Source: Peptoniphilaceae bacterium
GTDB taxonomy: Bacteria > Bacillota > Clostridia > Tissierellales > Peptoniphilaceae
DNA length: 64,000 nt
NCBI GenBank assembly: GCA_030152565.1
Contig: JASLJE010000001.1
Coordinates: 1,926-65,925, forward strand
Direction: 5' to 3'
A program made the position numbers and the translations under genes. How positions within the stretch are numbered: the stretch's first letter is position 1; the number at the start of each line of letters is the position of its first letter. The notes under the pieces were generated by a model that had not been told where the DNA came from, ran no database searches, and was given only the letters and a program-made list of their open reading frames with translations. Shown one piece after another: positions 18,672 through 31,688 of the stretch.

Positions 18672-18889
18672 TCTATGACTAAGACAGTAGCTAGGTGGAA
18701 GCAAAAGAGAGGTTCTGGTAGGTGAAAAGAACTTGTGAAAGCCCAGTGAAGATCACTTAGGAGATGATTTTTCGAAAAGAACAAGTAGAAAGATCCGTCG
18801 GGGCGCGTTAAGCTTATGAGTGGCAGCAATGCTATTTGGGTGGTACCGCGGAAAATTTTCGTCCCTGTTTTTTAACAGGGACTTTTTTA
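18672..18889 (+). promoter_or_regulatory. T-box riboswitch leader, Ile specifier (AUC)
   Basis: AGAGAG box (~18705). AUC followed by A in GAAGAUCAC (18752-18754). Canonical T-box sequence TTTGGGTGGTACCGCG (18834-18850). Terminator GTCCCTGTT-TTTT-AACAGGGAC plus T6 (18861-18888). Confidence 0.9.
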
Positions 18890-18901
18890 ATAGGAGGATT
18901 T

Positions 18902-21900
18902 ATGAAGTTTAAGGAATTATCAAAAGAAAATGTAAAAACTAGAGAAATTAAAACTTCAGAATACTGGAAGGAACTAGACCTTTTAAGCAGGTCAGTAGAA
19001 GACAGAAAGGATGGACCATCTTTTGTATTTTATGATGGACCTCCAACAGCCAATGGTAAACCTGGAATTCACCACGTTATATCTAGAACACTAAAAGACA
19101 TGACAGTTAGATATAAGACCATGAGAGGATTTCACGTTGAGAGAAAGGCTGGATGGGACACACATGGTCTTCCAGTTGAAATTGAAGCAGAAAAAAAGCT
19201 GGGTCTTTCCAGCAAGAAGGAAATTGAAGAATACGGCGTAGCTGAATTCAACAAGGTATGTAAGGAATCTGTATTTAAATACAGTGGCCTATGGAAGGAA
19301 ATGAGTGAGAGGATGGCCTTTTTGGCTGACATGGACGATCCTTATATCACTCTAGACAATGACTATATAGAAACAGTTTGGCACCTTTTAGATGACTTTA
19401 ATAAGAAGGGGCTAGTTTATGAGGGAGCAAAGATCCTTCCTTACTGTCCAAGATGTGGAACAGGCCTTGCCTCCCACGAAGTAGCCCAAGGCTATAAGAA
19501 TATAAAATCTGAGACAGCTACAGTTAAGTTTAAGAGAAAGGACCATGACGAGTACTTTTTAGCATGGACAACAACTCCATGGACTCTTCCATCAAACGTA
19601 GCCTTAACTGTAAACAAGGATGTGGACTACCTAAGAGTAAAACAAAATGATGAAGTCTACTATATAGCTAAGGACCTAGCAGACAAGGTTCTAGGAGAAG
19701 GCGAATATGAAGTACTAGACCAATTAAAGGGTAGCGACTTGGAGTATATGGAATATGAACAATTACTTCCATTTATCCAAGCTGACAAGAAGGCCTTTTT
19801 CATAACCTGTGCTGACTATGTAACAACTTCAGATGGTACTGGTATAGTTCATACAGCTCCATCCTTTGGGGAAGATGACTACCAAACAGGTAGAAGATAT
19901 GACCTACCATTAATCAACCCAGTAAGTGATGAAGGTAAATTTACTACAACTCCTTGGGAGGGAAGAAATGTAATGGATGCAGATCCAGACATTATAGTCT
20001 ACCTAAGGGAAAACAATAAATTATATAAAAAGCAAAGAATGGAACACAACTATCCTCACTGTTGGAGATGTGGAACCCCACTTATCTATTATTCAAAACC
20101 ATCTTGGTATATAGAAGTAACCAAGTACAAGGATCAAATGATAGAAAACAATAACCAAGTAAACTGGCATCCAGACTTTGTAGGAGAAAAGAGATTTGGT
20201 AACTGGTTGGAAAACCTTAATGACTGGGCTATTTCCAGATCCAGATACTGGGGAACTCCTCTTAACATATGGAAGTGTGATGACTGTGGCCATACCACAT
20301 CAGTAGGTTCTAGAAAAGAATTGGTGGAAAGAGCCAAGGAAGACATAGATGAAAACATTGAACTACACAGGCCTTTTGTGGATGATGTCCACTTGACTTG
20401 TGACCACTGCCAAGGCAATATGACCAGGGAAAAAGACGTTGTTGACGTTTGGTTTGACTCAGGTGCCATGCCTTTTGCCCAACACCACTATCCATTCGAA
20501 AACAAGGACAAGTTTGAAAGCCTATTTCCAGCAGACTTTATAAGTGAGGGAATAGACCAAACCAGAGGTTGGTTCTATACTCTTATGGCCATATCTACCA
20601 TGTATACAGGTAAGGCTCCTTATAAGAATGTTTTAGTTAACGACTTGATCTTGGATAAGGATGGGCAAAAAATGTCCAAGTCTAAGGGGAACACCATAGA
20701 CCCTATAACTGTCTTTGATGAATATGGGGCAGACGTGGTAAGATTCTATTCAATCTTTGTATCACCTCCATGGTTGCCAACTAAGTTTGACCTAAAGGGA
20801 CTACAAGAAGTAGAATCTAAACTATTTAGATCCTATAAAAACATTTATAACTTCTTTGTACTTTATGCCAATACAGATGATCTAGATCCTAGAGACTTCT
20901 TTATTGACTATAAGGACAGGCCAGAAATAGACAGGTGGCTTTTATCCAAGTACAACTCCTTGGTTAAACTTTACGACCAAGAAATGGAAAGATTCGAATA
21001 TACTAAGGTGGCTAGGGCCATATCAGACTTTGTAATCGAAGACTTCTCCAACTGGTATATAAGAAGAAATAGAAGAAGATTCTGGAATCAAGAAATAAGT
21101 GATGATAAGAAGGCTGTTTATAACACTAGTTATGAAGTACTTCTAGGAGTTACCAAGATGATGGCTCCTATCACACCATTTATTTCAGAAGAAATCTTTA
21201 ATAACCTAACAGGCAAGGAATCAGTTCACTTGGAAAGACTTCCTGAATTAAATGAAGGCCTGATAGATCCTAAACTAGAAGAAAAAATGGACTTGGTTAG
21301 AAAGATAGTAACCTTGGGCAGGGCTTCTAGAGAAGAAGCTAAAATCAAGGTAAGACAACCTCTTAAGGAAATTTTACTAGAAGGATCCTATGAAGAAATA
21401 ATAGGAAACTTGGTTCCTTTAATCAAGGAAGAATTAAATATTAAGGACGTTAAGTTTGTAGATGACCTATCTACCTATATGGACTTTAATCTTAAGCCAG
21501 ACTTTAGGGTGGCAGGAAGAATTCTTGGACCTAAGATCAAGGACTTTGGCAAGGCCTTAAGCCAAGTAGATGCCAAGGACTTTGTTGCCAAGTTAGATGA
21601 AGCTCCTCAAACCATGGTCTTAAATGGGGAAGAGACAGAAATCCTTAGGGAATATGTTGATGTTAAGATTACTAGTAAGGACGGCTTTGACATAACCATG
21701 GACTCAAATGTCTTTGTAATCCTAGATACTAGCTTGGACCAAGACCTAATAGAAGAAGGCTATATGAGAGAGTTTGTATCCAAGGTTCAACAAATGAGAA
21801 AGTCCAATGGCTTTGATGTTATAGATGAAATAGAAATCTACTATGAAGCAGACCAAGAGCTGGAAAAAGCCCTTGATAAGTATAGAAAAGAAATAATGGC

Positions 21901-21997
21901 TGAAACCCTGGCTCAAAAATTAGAAACTAGGGAATTGGCTAGTGAAGAAATTGAATTAAATGATAAAGTGGTAAAAATTAATCTTAAGAGATTATAG
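18902..21997 (+). CDS. ileS: Isoleucine--tRNA ligase (type 2 architecture)
   Basis: 1031 aa from ATG 18902 (RBS AGGAGG). HIGH-region PPTANGKPGIHHV, KMSKS present, CP1 editing region present. The listed ORF start at 18836 runs through the T-box terminator and is rejected. Confidence 0.95.
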   Translation: MKFKELSKENVKTREIKTSEYWKELDLLSRSVEDRKDGPSFVFYDGPPTANGKPGIHHVISRTLKDMTVRYKTMRGFHVERKAGWDTHGLPVEIEAEKKLGLSSKKEIEEYGVAEFNKVCKESVFKYSGLWKEMSERMAFLADMDDPYITLDNDYIETVWHLLDDFNKKGLVYEGAKILPYCPRCGTGLASHEVAQGYKNIKSETATVKFKRKDHDEYFLAWTTTPWTLPSNVALTVNKDVDYLRVKQNDEVYYIAKDLADKVLGEGEYEVLDQLKGSDLEYMEYEQLLPFIQADKKAFFITCADYVTTSDGTGIVHTAPSFGEDDYQTGRRYDLPLINPVSDEGKFTTTPWEGRNVMDADPDIIVYLRENNKLYKKQRMEHNYPHCWRCGTPLIYYSKPSWYIEVTKYKDQMIENNNQVNWHPDFVGEKRFGNWLENLNDWAISRSRYWGTPLNIWKCDDCGHTTSVGSRKELVERAKEDIDENIELHRPFVDDVHLTCDHCQGNMTREKDVVDVWFDSGAMPFAQHHYPFENKDKFESLFPADFISEGIDQTRGWFYTLMAISTMYTGKAPYKNVLVNDLILDKDGQKMSKSKGNTIDPITVFDEYGADVVRFYSIFVSPPWLPTKFDLKGLQEVESKLFRSYKNIYNFFVLYANTDDLDPRDFFIDYKDRPEIDRWLLSKYNSLVKLYDQEMERFEYTKVARAISDFVIEDFSNWYIRRNRRRFWNQEISDDKKAVYNTSYEVLLGVTKMMAPITPFISEEIFNNLTGKESVHLERLPELNEGLIDPKLEEKMDLVRKIVTLGRASREEAKIKVRQPLKEILLEGSYEEIIGNLVPLIKEELNIKDVKFVDDLSTYMDFNLKPDFRVAGRILGPKIKDFGKALSQVDAKDFVAKLDEAPQTMVLNGEETEILREYVDVKITSKDGFDITMDSNVFVILDTSLDQDLIEEGYMREFVSKVQQMRKSNGFDVIDEIEIYYEADQELEKALDKYRKEIMAETLAQKLETRELASEEIELNDKVVKINLKRL

Positions 21998-22072
21998 ACT
22001 TGATTAATCCTTCTATAATTTGCTATTATATAGATGTAGTTAACATGAACTAACTTATATAAGGGGTGGAAA

Positions 22073-22438
22073 ATGAGAGCAACAGAATCAGAAGAGAACT
22101 ATTTAGAAGCTATTTTGATGTTAAAATTAAAGAAGGACCATGTAAAGGCAGTTGACATAGCGAGAAAGCTGGACTTTTCAAAGCCTAGCGTTAGCTATGC
22201 CATGAAGAACCTAAGCGAAAAGGGACTTATAACCATAGAAGAAAACAATATTGATTTAACTGAGGCAGGGATGGAAATAGCCGAAGAAATCTATGAAAGA
22301 CACCAGGTTATAGCCAAGATCCTAATGAGTTTGGGAGTGGATGAAGAAACAGCCTATGAGGATTCTTGTGAAATTGAACACAGGATAAGCCAAGAATCAT
22401 TTGATAAAATTAAGGAACATTTTCAGAAGAAAAACTAA
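22073..22438 (+). CDS. DtxR/MntR-family metal-dependent transcriptional repressor
   Basis: 121 aa. N-terminal SEENYLEAIL..., HTH VDIARKLDFSKPSVSYAMKNLSEKGLI, and candidate metal ligands (E/E near the N terminus, H in YERHQV, CEIEH). Confidence 0.8.
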   Translation: MRATESEENYLEAILMLKLKKDHVKAVDIARKLDFSKPSVSYAMKNLSEKGLITIEENNIDLTEAGMEIAEEIYERHQVIAKILMSLGVDEETAYEDSCEIEHRISQESFDKIKEHFQKKN

Positions 22439-22468
22439 GAGGAACCTTTATTAAGGTTTCTCTTTTTT
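22438..22468 (+). terminator. Intrinsic terminator immediately upstream of fhs
   Basis: 11-bp stem AGAGGAACCTT / AAGGTTTCTCT (one G-U pair), TATT loop and T5 run. It ends 17 nt before the fhs ATG. Confidence 0.7.
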
Positions 22469-22485
22469 AAATATAAGGAGGCCAA

Positions 22486-24147
22486 ATGCTTACAGATATT
22501 GAAATTGCACAAGCAATAGAATTAAAAAACATTAAAGATGTGGCTAAGAATTATGATTTGGTAGAAGAGAGTTTGGAAATGTATGGCAACTATAAGGCCA
22601 AGGTAAACCTTGACTATTATAGGGACAAGAAGGCAGACGGAAAGTTAATTTTAGTAACTGCCATTAATCCAACGCCAGCAGGTGAGGGAAAGACCACTGT
22701 AAATATAGGTTTGTCCCAGGCCCTAAATAAGATTGGGAAAAAATCCCTGTCAGCTCTTAGAGAACCATCACTGGGCCCAAGCTTTGGTATGAAGGGTGGA
22801 GCAGCCGGAGGAGGCTATTCACAGGTACTTCCTATGGAGGATATAAACCTTCATTTCACTGGAGACATGCACGCTATTACATATGCTAACAACCTGATAG
22901 CTGCCATGATAGACAACCATATCCAGCAGGGAAATGAAAAAAATATAGACCCTAGAAATATACTTTGGAAGAGGGCCATAGATCTAAATGACAGGGCTCT
23001 TAGGAATATAGTTATAGGCCTGGGAGGCAGACCCAATGGCATGCCTAGAGAGGATGGCTTTGACATAACAGTAGCATCTGAAATCATGGCCATACTTTGC
23101 CTGAGCAGGGACCTGGAAGAACTTAAGGAAAATATAGGAAATATTCTTCTAGGCTATGACTTTGATAGAAGGCCAGTTTTTGTAAGAGATATAGGGGCCC
23201 AGGAGGCTGCAACCATTCTTTTAAAGGATGCCATCAAGCCCAACCTGGCTCAGACTACAGAAAACACTCTGGCTATTATACACGGTGGACCCTTTGCCAA
23301 TATAGCCCATGGCTGTAACTCTATTAATGCCACAGAGCTGGGCCTTAAGATTGCTGACTATGTGGTGACAGAGGCTGGCTTTGGAGCTGATTTAGGGGCA
23401 GAAAAGTTCTTTGATATCAAGTGTAGGTTAAATGATTTAAATCCAGATGCTACAGTTTTAGTGGCTACTGTTAGGGCTCTTAAGAGCCATGGTGGAGTAG
23501 CCAAGGATAGGTTGACAGAAGAAAACCTGGAAGCCTTAGGACTGGGCTATGACAATTTAAAAAGACATATAGAAAACATGAAAAAGTTTAACCTTCCCCT
23601 AGTAGTTGCCATCAACAAGTTCCCATCAGACACAGATGCGGAGATCAGGCTGTTAAAAGACCTGGTAGAAAAAGAAGGCATCTCTTGTATCCTGACAGAA
23701 GTTTGGGCCAAGGGGGGAGATGGAGCCATAGAGTTGGCAGAAAAAGTTGTAGAACTTTGCCAGGAAGACTCAGACCTTAAACTTCTTTATGAAGATGATA
23801 TGACCATAGAGGAAAAGATAAATAAGGTATCTAAGGAAATCTATGGGGCTGACCAGGTGGAATTTTCTACCAAGGCCAGGAGAAAGTTGAAGATGATAGA
23901 AGACTTGGGCTTTAACGACTTTCCTGTCTGTATGGCCAAGACCCAATATTCCTTTTCAGATGACCCAAAACTCTTAAGAGCTCCCAAGGACTTTAAGATT
24001 AGCATAAAGGATTTAAAGATTAATTCAGGATCCAAATTCATAGTTGCCCTAACAGGGGATATTATGACCATGCCTGGCCTACCTAAGGTGCCTCAGGCAG
24101 AAAAAATGTCTATAGACAAGGACGGTAAAATAGAAGGATTATTCTAG
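22486..24147 (+). CDS. fhs: Formate--tetrahydrofolate ligase
   Basis: 553 aa. Family-typical sequence is present, including [29 protein letters not shown] and [13 protein letters not shown]. Confidence 0.95.
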   Translation: MLTDIEIAQAIELKNIKDVAKNYDLVEESLEMYGNYKAKVNLDYYRDKKADGKLILVTAINPTPAGEGKTTVNIGLSQALNKIGKKSLSALREPSLGPSFGMKGGAAGGGYSQVLPMEDINLHFTGDMHAITYANNLIAAMIDNHIQQGNEKNIDPRNILWKRAIDLNDRALRNIVIGLGGRPNGMPREDGFDITVASEIMAILCLSRDLEELKENIGNILLGYDFDRRPVFVRDIGAQEAATILLKDAIKPNLAQTTENTLAIIHGGPFANIAHGCNSINATELGLKIADYVVTEAGFGADLGAEKFFDIKCRLNDLNPDATVLVATVRALKSHGGVAKDRLTEENLEALGLGYDNLKRHIENMKKFNLPLVVAINKFPSDTDAEIRLLKDLVEKEGISCILTEVWAKGGDGAIELAEKVVELCQEDSDLKLLYEDDMTIEEKINKVSKEIYGADQVEFSTKARRKLKMIEDLGFNDFPVCMAKTQYSFSDDPKLLRAPKDFKISIKDLKINSGSKFIVALTGDIMTMPGLPKVPQAEKMSIDKDGKIEGLF

Positions 24148-24152
24148 TGTAT

Positions 24153-24175
24153 AAAGAAGACTTCGGTCTTCTTTT
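24153..24175 (+). terminator. Intrinsic terminator after fhs
   Basis: AAAGAAGAC-TTCG-GTCTTCTTT followed by T. Confidence 0.75.
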
Positions 24176-24270
24176 ACAATATTTAAACACATTTGGACTA
24201 TATACTTAGAAAGTAACATAAGTCTTTTATAATATTATCAAAAAGAAATATGGAAAATGACTGTATTTTA

Positions 24271-24299
24271 TTGATATTTGTATTTCTTTTAGATAAAAT
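24271..24299 (+). promoter_or_regulatory. Candidate promoter of the atp operon
   Basis: TTGATA, 17-nt spacer, TAAAAT, ~37 nt upstream of the first atp ORF. Confidence 0.5.
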
Positions 24300-24335
24300 A
24301 TAACTTGAACCACTATTAAAGAAAAGGGGATAAAT

Positions 24336-24575
24336 ATGAAAGGATTAAAAAATCTTGCATTAGTAAGCCAAATCGGCTTTACAATTATTACACCCATACT
24401 ATTGGGAGTCTACATTGGGACCAAGCTGGATAAATGGCTTAAGACATCGGCTGTTTTTTTAACCATATTTATTGTCATGGGGGTAATCAGTGGTTTTTTG
24501 AATGCTTATAAAATCATTGCCAAGCTAAATCTGGATGAAAAAAAGAAGGATGACGGTAGTAAAGATGAAAAATAA
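24336..24575 (+). CDS. atpZ: AtpZ/AtpI-family small membrane protein
   Basis: 79 aa with two TM segments. It is the first gene of the atp operon. RBS AAGGGGA. Confidence 0.65.
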   Translation: MKGLKNLALVSQIGFTIITPILLGVYIGTKLDKWLKTSAVFLTIFIVMGVISGFLNAYKIIAKLNLDEKKKDDGSKDEK

Positions 24576-24951
24576 GCATTATACTTATTATTATATTAGA
24601 AATGCTTTTTTCCTAATGTTTGTAGAGGTCTTGTTGGTATTAATTTTTGCCAGTGATCCCTTGCCAAAGATCTTGGGTGTCTTTTTAGGAACCCTGGTCA
24701 GCAGTCTTTTTTTTAGGGTAATCTATTTAAACATAGTCAATATGTTGGAGAAACCTGAAAAAGAAGCCAAGAGATATATGAGGATGAATTACTTCTTTCG
24801 CTATATCATCTATGGGCTGATAATGGTCCTGGCTATCAAGGCAGATTACCTGGACTTACTTATGACAGTCCTAGGACTTTTGTCAATTAAGTTTGTTATT
24901 TACCTGCAAAACTTTTGGGAGCTTATTAGGGAGAAGATTGATAATAAGTAG
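24565..24951 (+). CDS. atpI: ATP synthase subunit I
   Basis: ~128 aa with four hydrophobic segments, positioned directly before atpB. ATG 24565 overlaps the atpZ stop. The listed ORF begins at 24535. Confidence 0.6.
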   Translation: MKNKHYTYYYIRNAFFLMFVEVLLVLIFASDPLPKILGVFLGTLVSSLFFRVIYLNIVNMLEKPEKEAKRYMRMNYFFRYIIYGLIMVLAIKADYLDLLMTVLGLLSIKFVIYLQNFWELIREKIDNK

Positions 24952-24982
24952 TTCCTTTAAGTTATAGAGAAAGGAGTTTTAG

Positions 24983-25962
<980 letters not shown>

Positions 25963-25987
25963 TACTAATTAAAAAGGAGGGAAGAAA

Positions 25988-26497
25988 ATGGGAGATTTTA
26001 AAATTCTAATAAAGCCCGACTTTCTTAATTTTGGTATTCAAATTCTTGCAACACTAGTTTTATTCTTTATGTTAAGAAAATTCTTGTTTAAGCCTGTCCA
26101 TGAAAATTTGGACAAGAGAAGAGCCTATATAGAAGGCAATATCTCAGATAGTGAAAAGGCTAAGGAAGAATCTGCCCTTTTAAAGGCTTCCTATGAGGAA
26201 AAACTTTTAGAGGCCAGAACTGAAGCCAGTGAAATTGTCGCCAATGCCAGAAAATCTGGAGAGGACTTAAAGGCCCAAGCCCTTATGGAATCTAAGGAAG
26301 AAGCCAAGAGAGTTTACGACAAGAACATGGAAGAGCTTAACAGGGAAAAACAAAATATAATGAAGAATATGAACGACGAAATAGTTGATATAGCTCTTCT
26401 AGCAGCAGAAAAAGTCTTGGACGAAAAAGTTGACAAGAAGGCCAATGAAAAAATGGTAGCTTCTTTTATCGAAAAGATGGAGGCAGGAAATGAATAA
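25988..26497 (+). CDS. atpF: F0F1 ATP synthase subunit b
   Basis: 169 aa. A single N-terminal TM is followed by a long charged helix. Operon position fits. Confidence 0.9.
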   Translation: MGDFKILIKPDFLNFGIQILATLVLFFMLRKFLFKPVHENLDKRRAYIEGNISDSEKAKEESALLKASYEEKLLEARTEASEIVANARKSGEDLKAQALMESKEEAKRVYDKNMEELNREKQNIMKNMNDEIVDIALLAAEKVLDEKVDKKANEKMVASFIEKMEAGNE

Positions 26498-27029
26498 TCT
26501 TGCCGGATCAGTTTACGGAGAAGCCTTCTTCGAATTAGCTGTTGAAAAAAACAAGTTAGATATTTTCAAAAAAGACTTGGAAGATGTGAAGGATGTCTTT
26601 GACGCCCATGAAGACTTGGTTGGACTTTTGGAAAACCCAAATGTGACCAAGGACGACAAGAAGAAAGTTATAGATCAAATATTTGCTTCTTTAGACAAGG
26701 ATTCTAGAAACCTACTTAAGGTTTTAATAGATAAGAATAGGATAAATATCTTTAGGGAAATTAAAAATGCCTATATGGAAAGATTCTATAAGGAAAGACA
26801 AATATTGACTGGAGTGGTTTATACTACAGAACTATTAAGTCAGGAAGAATTAAAAAAATTAGAAGAAAGTTTAAGTAAGAAATACAATAAACAAGTTGAG
26901 CTTAAAAATGAAATAGATAAAAAATTGATCGCAGGATTATCTATAGCCATTGACGGTCAAATTATTGATGACAGCGTAAGGGCTAAATTAGATGGTCTTA
27001 GACGCTCACTTAAAACTGAAACGAGGTGA
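26490..27029 (+). CDS. atpH: F0F1 ATP synthase subunit delta
   Basis: 179 aa, OSCP-like, located between atpF and atpA. It overlaps the end of atpF. Confidence 0.88.
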   Translation: MNNLAGSVYGEAFFELAVEKNKLDIFKKDLEDVKDVFDAHEDLVGLLENPNVTKDDKKKVIDQIFASLDKDSRNLLKVLIDKNRINIFREIKNAYMERFYKERQILTGVVYTTELLSQEELKKLEESLSKKYNKQVELKNEIDKKLIAGLSIAIDGQIIDDSVRAKLDGLRRSLKTETR

Positions 27030-27033
27030 GTTT

Positions 27034-28539
27034 ATGAATTCAAAACCAGAAGAAATAAGCTCTATCATTAAACAAATGATAGACAAATATGACGATAAAA
27101 TTGATGCTGTCGACGTGGGTAGTATTATCGAAGTCGGAGACGGTATCGCTCGTGTATATGGTCTAGAAAACTGTATGGCGGGAGAATTACTTGAATTTCC
27201 CAATGAAGTTTACGGTATAGCCCTAAACCTGGAAGCAGATAATATAGGTGCTGTATTATTGGGGGACGAAACCAATCTTAAGGAAGGCGACATGGTTAAG
27301 AGAACCAAGAAAATCGCCCAAGTTCCAGTAGGGGACGCCCTTATAGGTAGGGTAGTAAACTCTTTAGGTCAGCCAATAGATGGCAAGGGACCTATTAACA
27401 CAGATAAATTTAGACCTGTAGAAGCTGAGGCTCCAGGAGTTATTGACAGACAGTCAGTAAATGAGCCCCTTCAAACAGGAATTAAGGCAATAGACTCAAT
27501 TATCCCTATAGGTAAGGGACAAAGGGAGCTTATCATAGGTGATAGGCAAACTGGTAAGACAGCCATTGCCATAGATACAATTATCAACCAAAAGGGCCAA
27601 GACGTAATTTGCGTTTATGTTGCCATTGGTCAAAAGGCATCAACTGTTGCCCAAATTGTTGACGTATTAGAGAAAAAAGGAGCTATGGACTATACCATAG
27701 TTGTTTCTGAAACAGCCAGTCAATTGGCACCTTTACAATATATAGCGCCTTATTCAGGTGTTGCCATGGCTGAAGAGTTCATGTACCAAGGCAAGGACGT
27801 TTTGGTAGTATATGACGACTTGAGTAAGCATGCGGTTGCCTATAGATCCATGTCTCTATTACTTAGAAGACCACCAGGAAGAGAAGCCTATCCAGGAGAC
27901 GTTTTCTACCTACACTCAAGACTACTTGAAAGAGCTGCTAAACTTAGTGATAAGTTGGGCGGAGGTAGTATTACAGCCCTACCTATAATTGAGACCTTGG
28001 CAGGCGATATATCAGCCTATATACCAACCAACGTTATCTCAATTACAGATGGACAAATATTCTTGGAAAGTGAACTTTTCTTCTCAGGACAAAGACCAGC
28101 TGTTAACTCAGGTTTATCAGTATCCAGGGTTGGGGGAGCTGCCCAAATGCCTGCCATGAAAAAAGTATCAGGCGGTATTAAGCTAGAGCTTGCCCAATAT
28201 AGGGAGTTGGTATCCTTCTCTCAATTTGGTTCTGAGCTTGATAAGGCTACAGCTGAAAGATTAAACCATGGACAAAGAATCATGGAAATCATGAAGCAAA
28301 GACAATACAATCCTATGCCGGTTGAAGAACAGGTTATGATTTTATATGCTGTTACCAAGAAGATGTTGGCGGATGTGGAAGTTGAAAGAATTAAGGACTT
28401 TGAAGTGAACTTTTTAGAATTTATGAGAAATAATTATCCTGAAGTGGGTAAGGCCATCAAGGAAGATCAAGTCCTTAGTGAAGAAAATGAAAAAATGTTA
28501 ATAAATTCAATAAATGAATTTAAAAAGACATTTGCTTAA
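27034..28539 (+). CDS. atpA: F0F1 ATP synthase subunit alpha
   Basis: ATG 27034 follows GAGGTGAG. Walker A GDRQTGKT. Strongly conserved alpha-subunit sequence. The listed ORF start at 26992 lies inside atpH. Confidence 0.96.
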   Translation: MNSKPEEISSIIKQMIDKYDDKIDAVDVGSIIEVGDGIARVYGLENCMAGELLEFPNEVYGIALNLEADNIGAVLLGDETNLKEGDMVKRTKKIAQVPVGDALIGRVVNSLGQPIDGKGPINTDKFRPVEAEAPGVIDRQSVNEPLQTGIKAIDSIIPIGKGQRELIIGDRQTGKTAIAIDTIINQKGQDVICVYVAIGQKASTVAQIVDVLEKKGAMDYTIVVSETASQLAPLQYIAPYSGVAMAEEFMYQGKDVLVVYDDLSKHAVAYRSMSLLLRRPPGREAYPGDVFYLHSRLLERAAKLSDKLGGGSITALPIIETLAGDISAYIPTNVISITDGQIFLESELFFSGQRPAVNSGLSVSRVGGAAQMPAMKKVSGGIKLELAQYRELVSFSQFGSELDKATAERLNHGQRIMEIMKQRQYNPMPVEEQVMILYAVTKKMLADVEVERIKDFEVNFLEFMRNNYPEVGKAIKEDQVLSEENEKMLINSINEFKKTFA

Positions 28540-28557
28540 TAGAAAAGAGGTTTTGAA

Positions 28558-29418
28558 ATGGCTCAAAACATGAAAGATATAAAAAGAAGAATTGGTAGTG
28601 TTGGTAGTATTATGCAAATTACCAATGCTATGGAGCTGGTTTCATCCGCAAAACTAAGAAAAGCAAGAACACGCCTGGAAAAGACTAGGCCATATTATGA
28701 AACTGTATATGAAAACATCAATGAGATCCTATCCTTGACCAAGGGAGTTAACTCTCCACTTTTGGACAGAAGGGAAATAAAAACCAGGGCTATCTTGGTT
28801 TTAGCCAGTGATAGGGGCCTTGCTGGTGGCTATAATATAAATGTGGTCAAAGAGGCGGAAAAAATCATAAACAACAACGACAATGTAGAAAATATTATTT
28901 ATACAACAGGTACTAGGGCAGTAGATGCCTTAAGAAAGACTGGATGTAGATTAAATGAAGATTTTACATCAGTAGGAGAAGAGCCTTCTAGTGAAGATGC
29001 CAGCAGGATAGGTGACCACTTGGCCAACCTATACAAGGACAAAAAGATAGATGAGGTTTTAGTGGTTTACACTAAGTTTAACTCAGTGATGAACTTGGAA
29101 CCTCAAGTTTTACAACTTCTTCCAGCTACAGGGTTTGACCAGGTAGAAGGAGGAGCTAGTACTCTATTGGAATTTGAACCTTCACCATCAGTTGTCCTAA
29201 CCCAAATGGTTAGACAATATACCAATGTGACTATTTACGGATGTCTTCTTGAAGCATCTGCCAGTGAGCAGGCTTCTAGAAGAACAGCCATGGAAAATGC
29301 CACATCCAATGGGGAAGAGTTATTAGATGAACTAGAGCTTCTATACAATAGGGCAAGACAGGCATCTATCACTCAAGAAATATCAGAGATAGTCGGCGGA
29401 GCCGAAGCTCTTAAATAA
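28558..29418 (+). CDS. atpG: F0F1 ATP synthase subunit gamma
   Basis: 286 aa. N-terminal IKRRI.SV.S..QIT.AMELVSSAKLRKA and C-terminal ITQEISEIVGGAEAL. Confidence 0.95.
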   Translation: MAQNMKDIKRRIGSVGSIMQITNAMELVSSAKLRKARTRLEKTRPYYETVYENINEILSLTKGVNSPLLDRREIKTRAILVLASDRGLAGGYNINVVKEAEKIINNNDNVENIIYTTGTRAVDALRKTGCRLNEDFTSVGEEPSSEDASRIGDHLANLYKDKKIDEVLVVYTKFNSVMNLEPQVLQLLPATGFDQVEGGASTLLEFEPSPSVVLTQMVRQYTNVTIYGCLLEASASEQASRRTAMENATSNGEELLDELELLYNRARQASITQEISEIVGGAEALK

Positions 29419-29436
29419 CAAAAAGGAGTGATTTAA

Positions 29437-30837
<1,401 letters not shown>

Positions 30838-30847
30838 GAGTCCTATT

Positions 30848-31240
30848 ATGAGCTTAAAATTAAAAATAGTTACTCCAGACAGGGTCTTTTTCGACGGTGA
30901 TATAGACATGCTAATCGCCAGGGGAATAGAGGGAGACTTTGCGGTTATGAAGGGACATACGCCCTTTGTAACAGTTTTAGACATAAGAAAACTACAAATT
31001 AAACAAGGGGATAAAAAAAGGGAGGCTGCCATAGCTGGCGGCTACCTGGATGTTAGAAATGACCAAATTGTAATCATGTCAGACGCCTGTGAATGGGTGG
31101 ATGAAATAGACTACAATAGGGCTTTAGAGGCTAAAGAAAGAGCTGAGAAGAGACTTAGATCAGGTTCTGAAATAGACACTGTAAGAGCTGAAATAGCCCT
31201 TAAGAAGGCCATGAATAGACTGTCCTTATCCAAGAAATAA
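30848..31240 (+). CDS. atpC: F0F1 ATP synthase subunit epsilon
   Basis: 130 aa. It is the last gene of the operon and has epsilon-like N-terminal beta-sandwich sequence. Confidence 0.9.
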   Translation: MSLKLKIVTPDRVFFDGDIDMLIARGIEGDFAVMKGHTPFVTVLDIRKLQIKQGDKKREAAIAGGYLDVRNDQIVIMSDACEWVDEIDYNRALEAKERAEKRLRSGSEIDTVRAEIALKKAMNRLSLSKK

Positions 31241-31242
31241 AG

Positions 31243-31266
31243 AAAAGCCTCCTAGGAGGCTTTTTT
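31243..31266. terminator. Bidirectional terminator after atpC
   Basis: AAAAGCCTCCTAGGAGGCTTTTTT, a perfect palindrome flanked by A and T runs between convergent genes. Confidence 0.85.
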
Positions 31267-31608
31267 CTATGGGTTAAAAGGACAGTAACCAACTGGCAGG
31301 TTAAACTGATAAATCCCATAGGCAATTATTAAGACAGCTAAAACAATATCTAAGATAAGTGAGGAAAGATTAATCTTTTCTTCTTTAAGCTTGGATATCC
31401 TATATTCTAAAAAGGCAGACAGGGCTAGTAGGCCACCAGCAAAGACTGTAAGTAGAACATAGCCCTTGGGATGGAAGTTAAGAAAGCCTGTCAAATCTAT
31501 GAGAAAGACCTGTTTTAAGATGAAAAGTATTGCAAAAAGCAGGGCTAGAGCATAGAAAAGATTATTAAGCTTCTTAAGCCTGTCAATTTTTTCCTTGTTT
31601 TTTTCCAT
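31267..31608 (-). CDS. Small membrane protein, unknown function
   Basis: Three or four hydrophobic segments. The second ATG (31608) lies 8 nt after GGAGG, whereas the first ATG (31623) overlaps that RBS. Confidence 0.5.
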   Translation of the reverse strand: MEKNKEKIDRLKKLNNLFYALALLFAILFILKQVFLIDLTGFLNFHPKGYVLLTVFAGGLLALSAFLEYRISKLKEEKINLSSLILDIVLAVLIIAYGIYQFNLPVGYCPFNP

Positions 31609-31688
31609 GAAATATACCTCCATTTACTATATAATATAAGTAATACTTACCCAATATTAGAATATTAGAAACAAGTAAAGGATAAAAG

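Noticed and set aside
18836-18901. N-terminal extensions in the ORF track (ileS from 18836, hrcA from 39129, atpA from 26992, dnaK from 40702, BaiN-like gene from 16080, kinase from 6989, lepA from 34738)
   Set aside because: The extensions run through the T-box terminator, the CIRCE operator or the preceding gene. Downstream ATGs with good Shine-Dalgarno spacing match the conserved family N termini.
22036-22054. TAGTT-N6-AACTA inverted repeat downstream of a TTGATT-18-TATTAT promoter-like sequence, considered as an operator for the DtxR/MntR-like repressor
   Set aside because: The arms are only 5 bp in AT-rich DNA, and the site does not resemble the 19-bp DtxR or MntR palindromes I know. 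It is too weak to call without comparative data.
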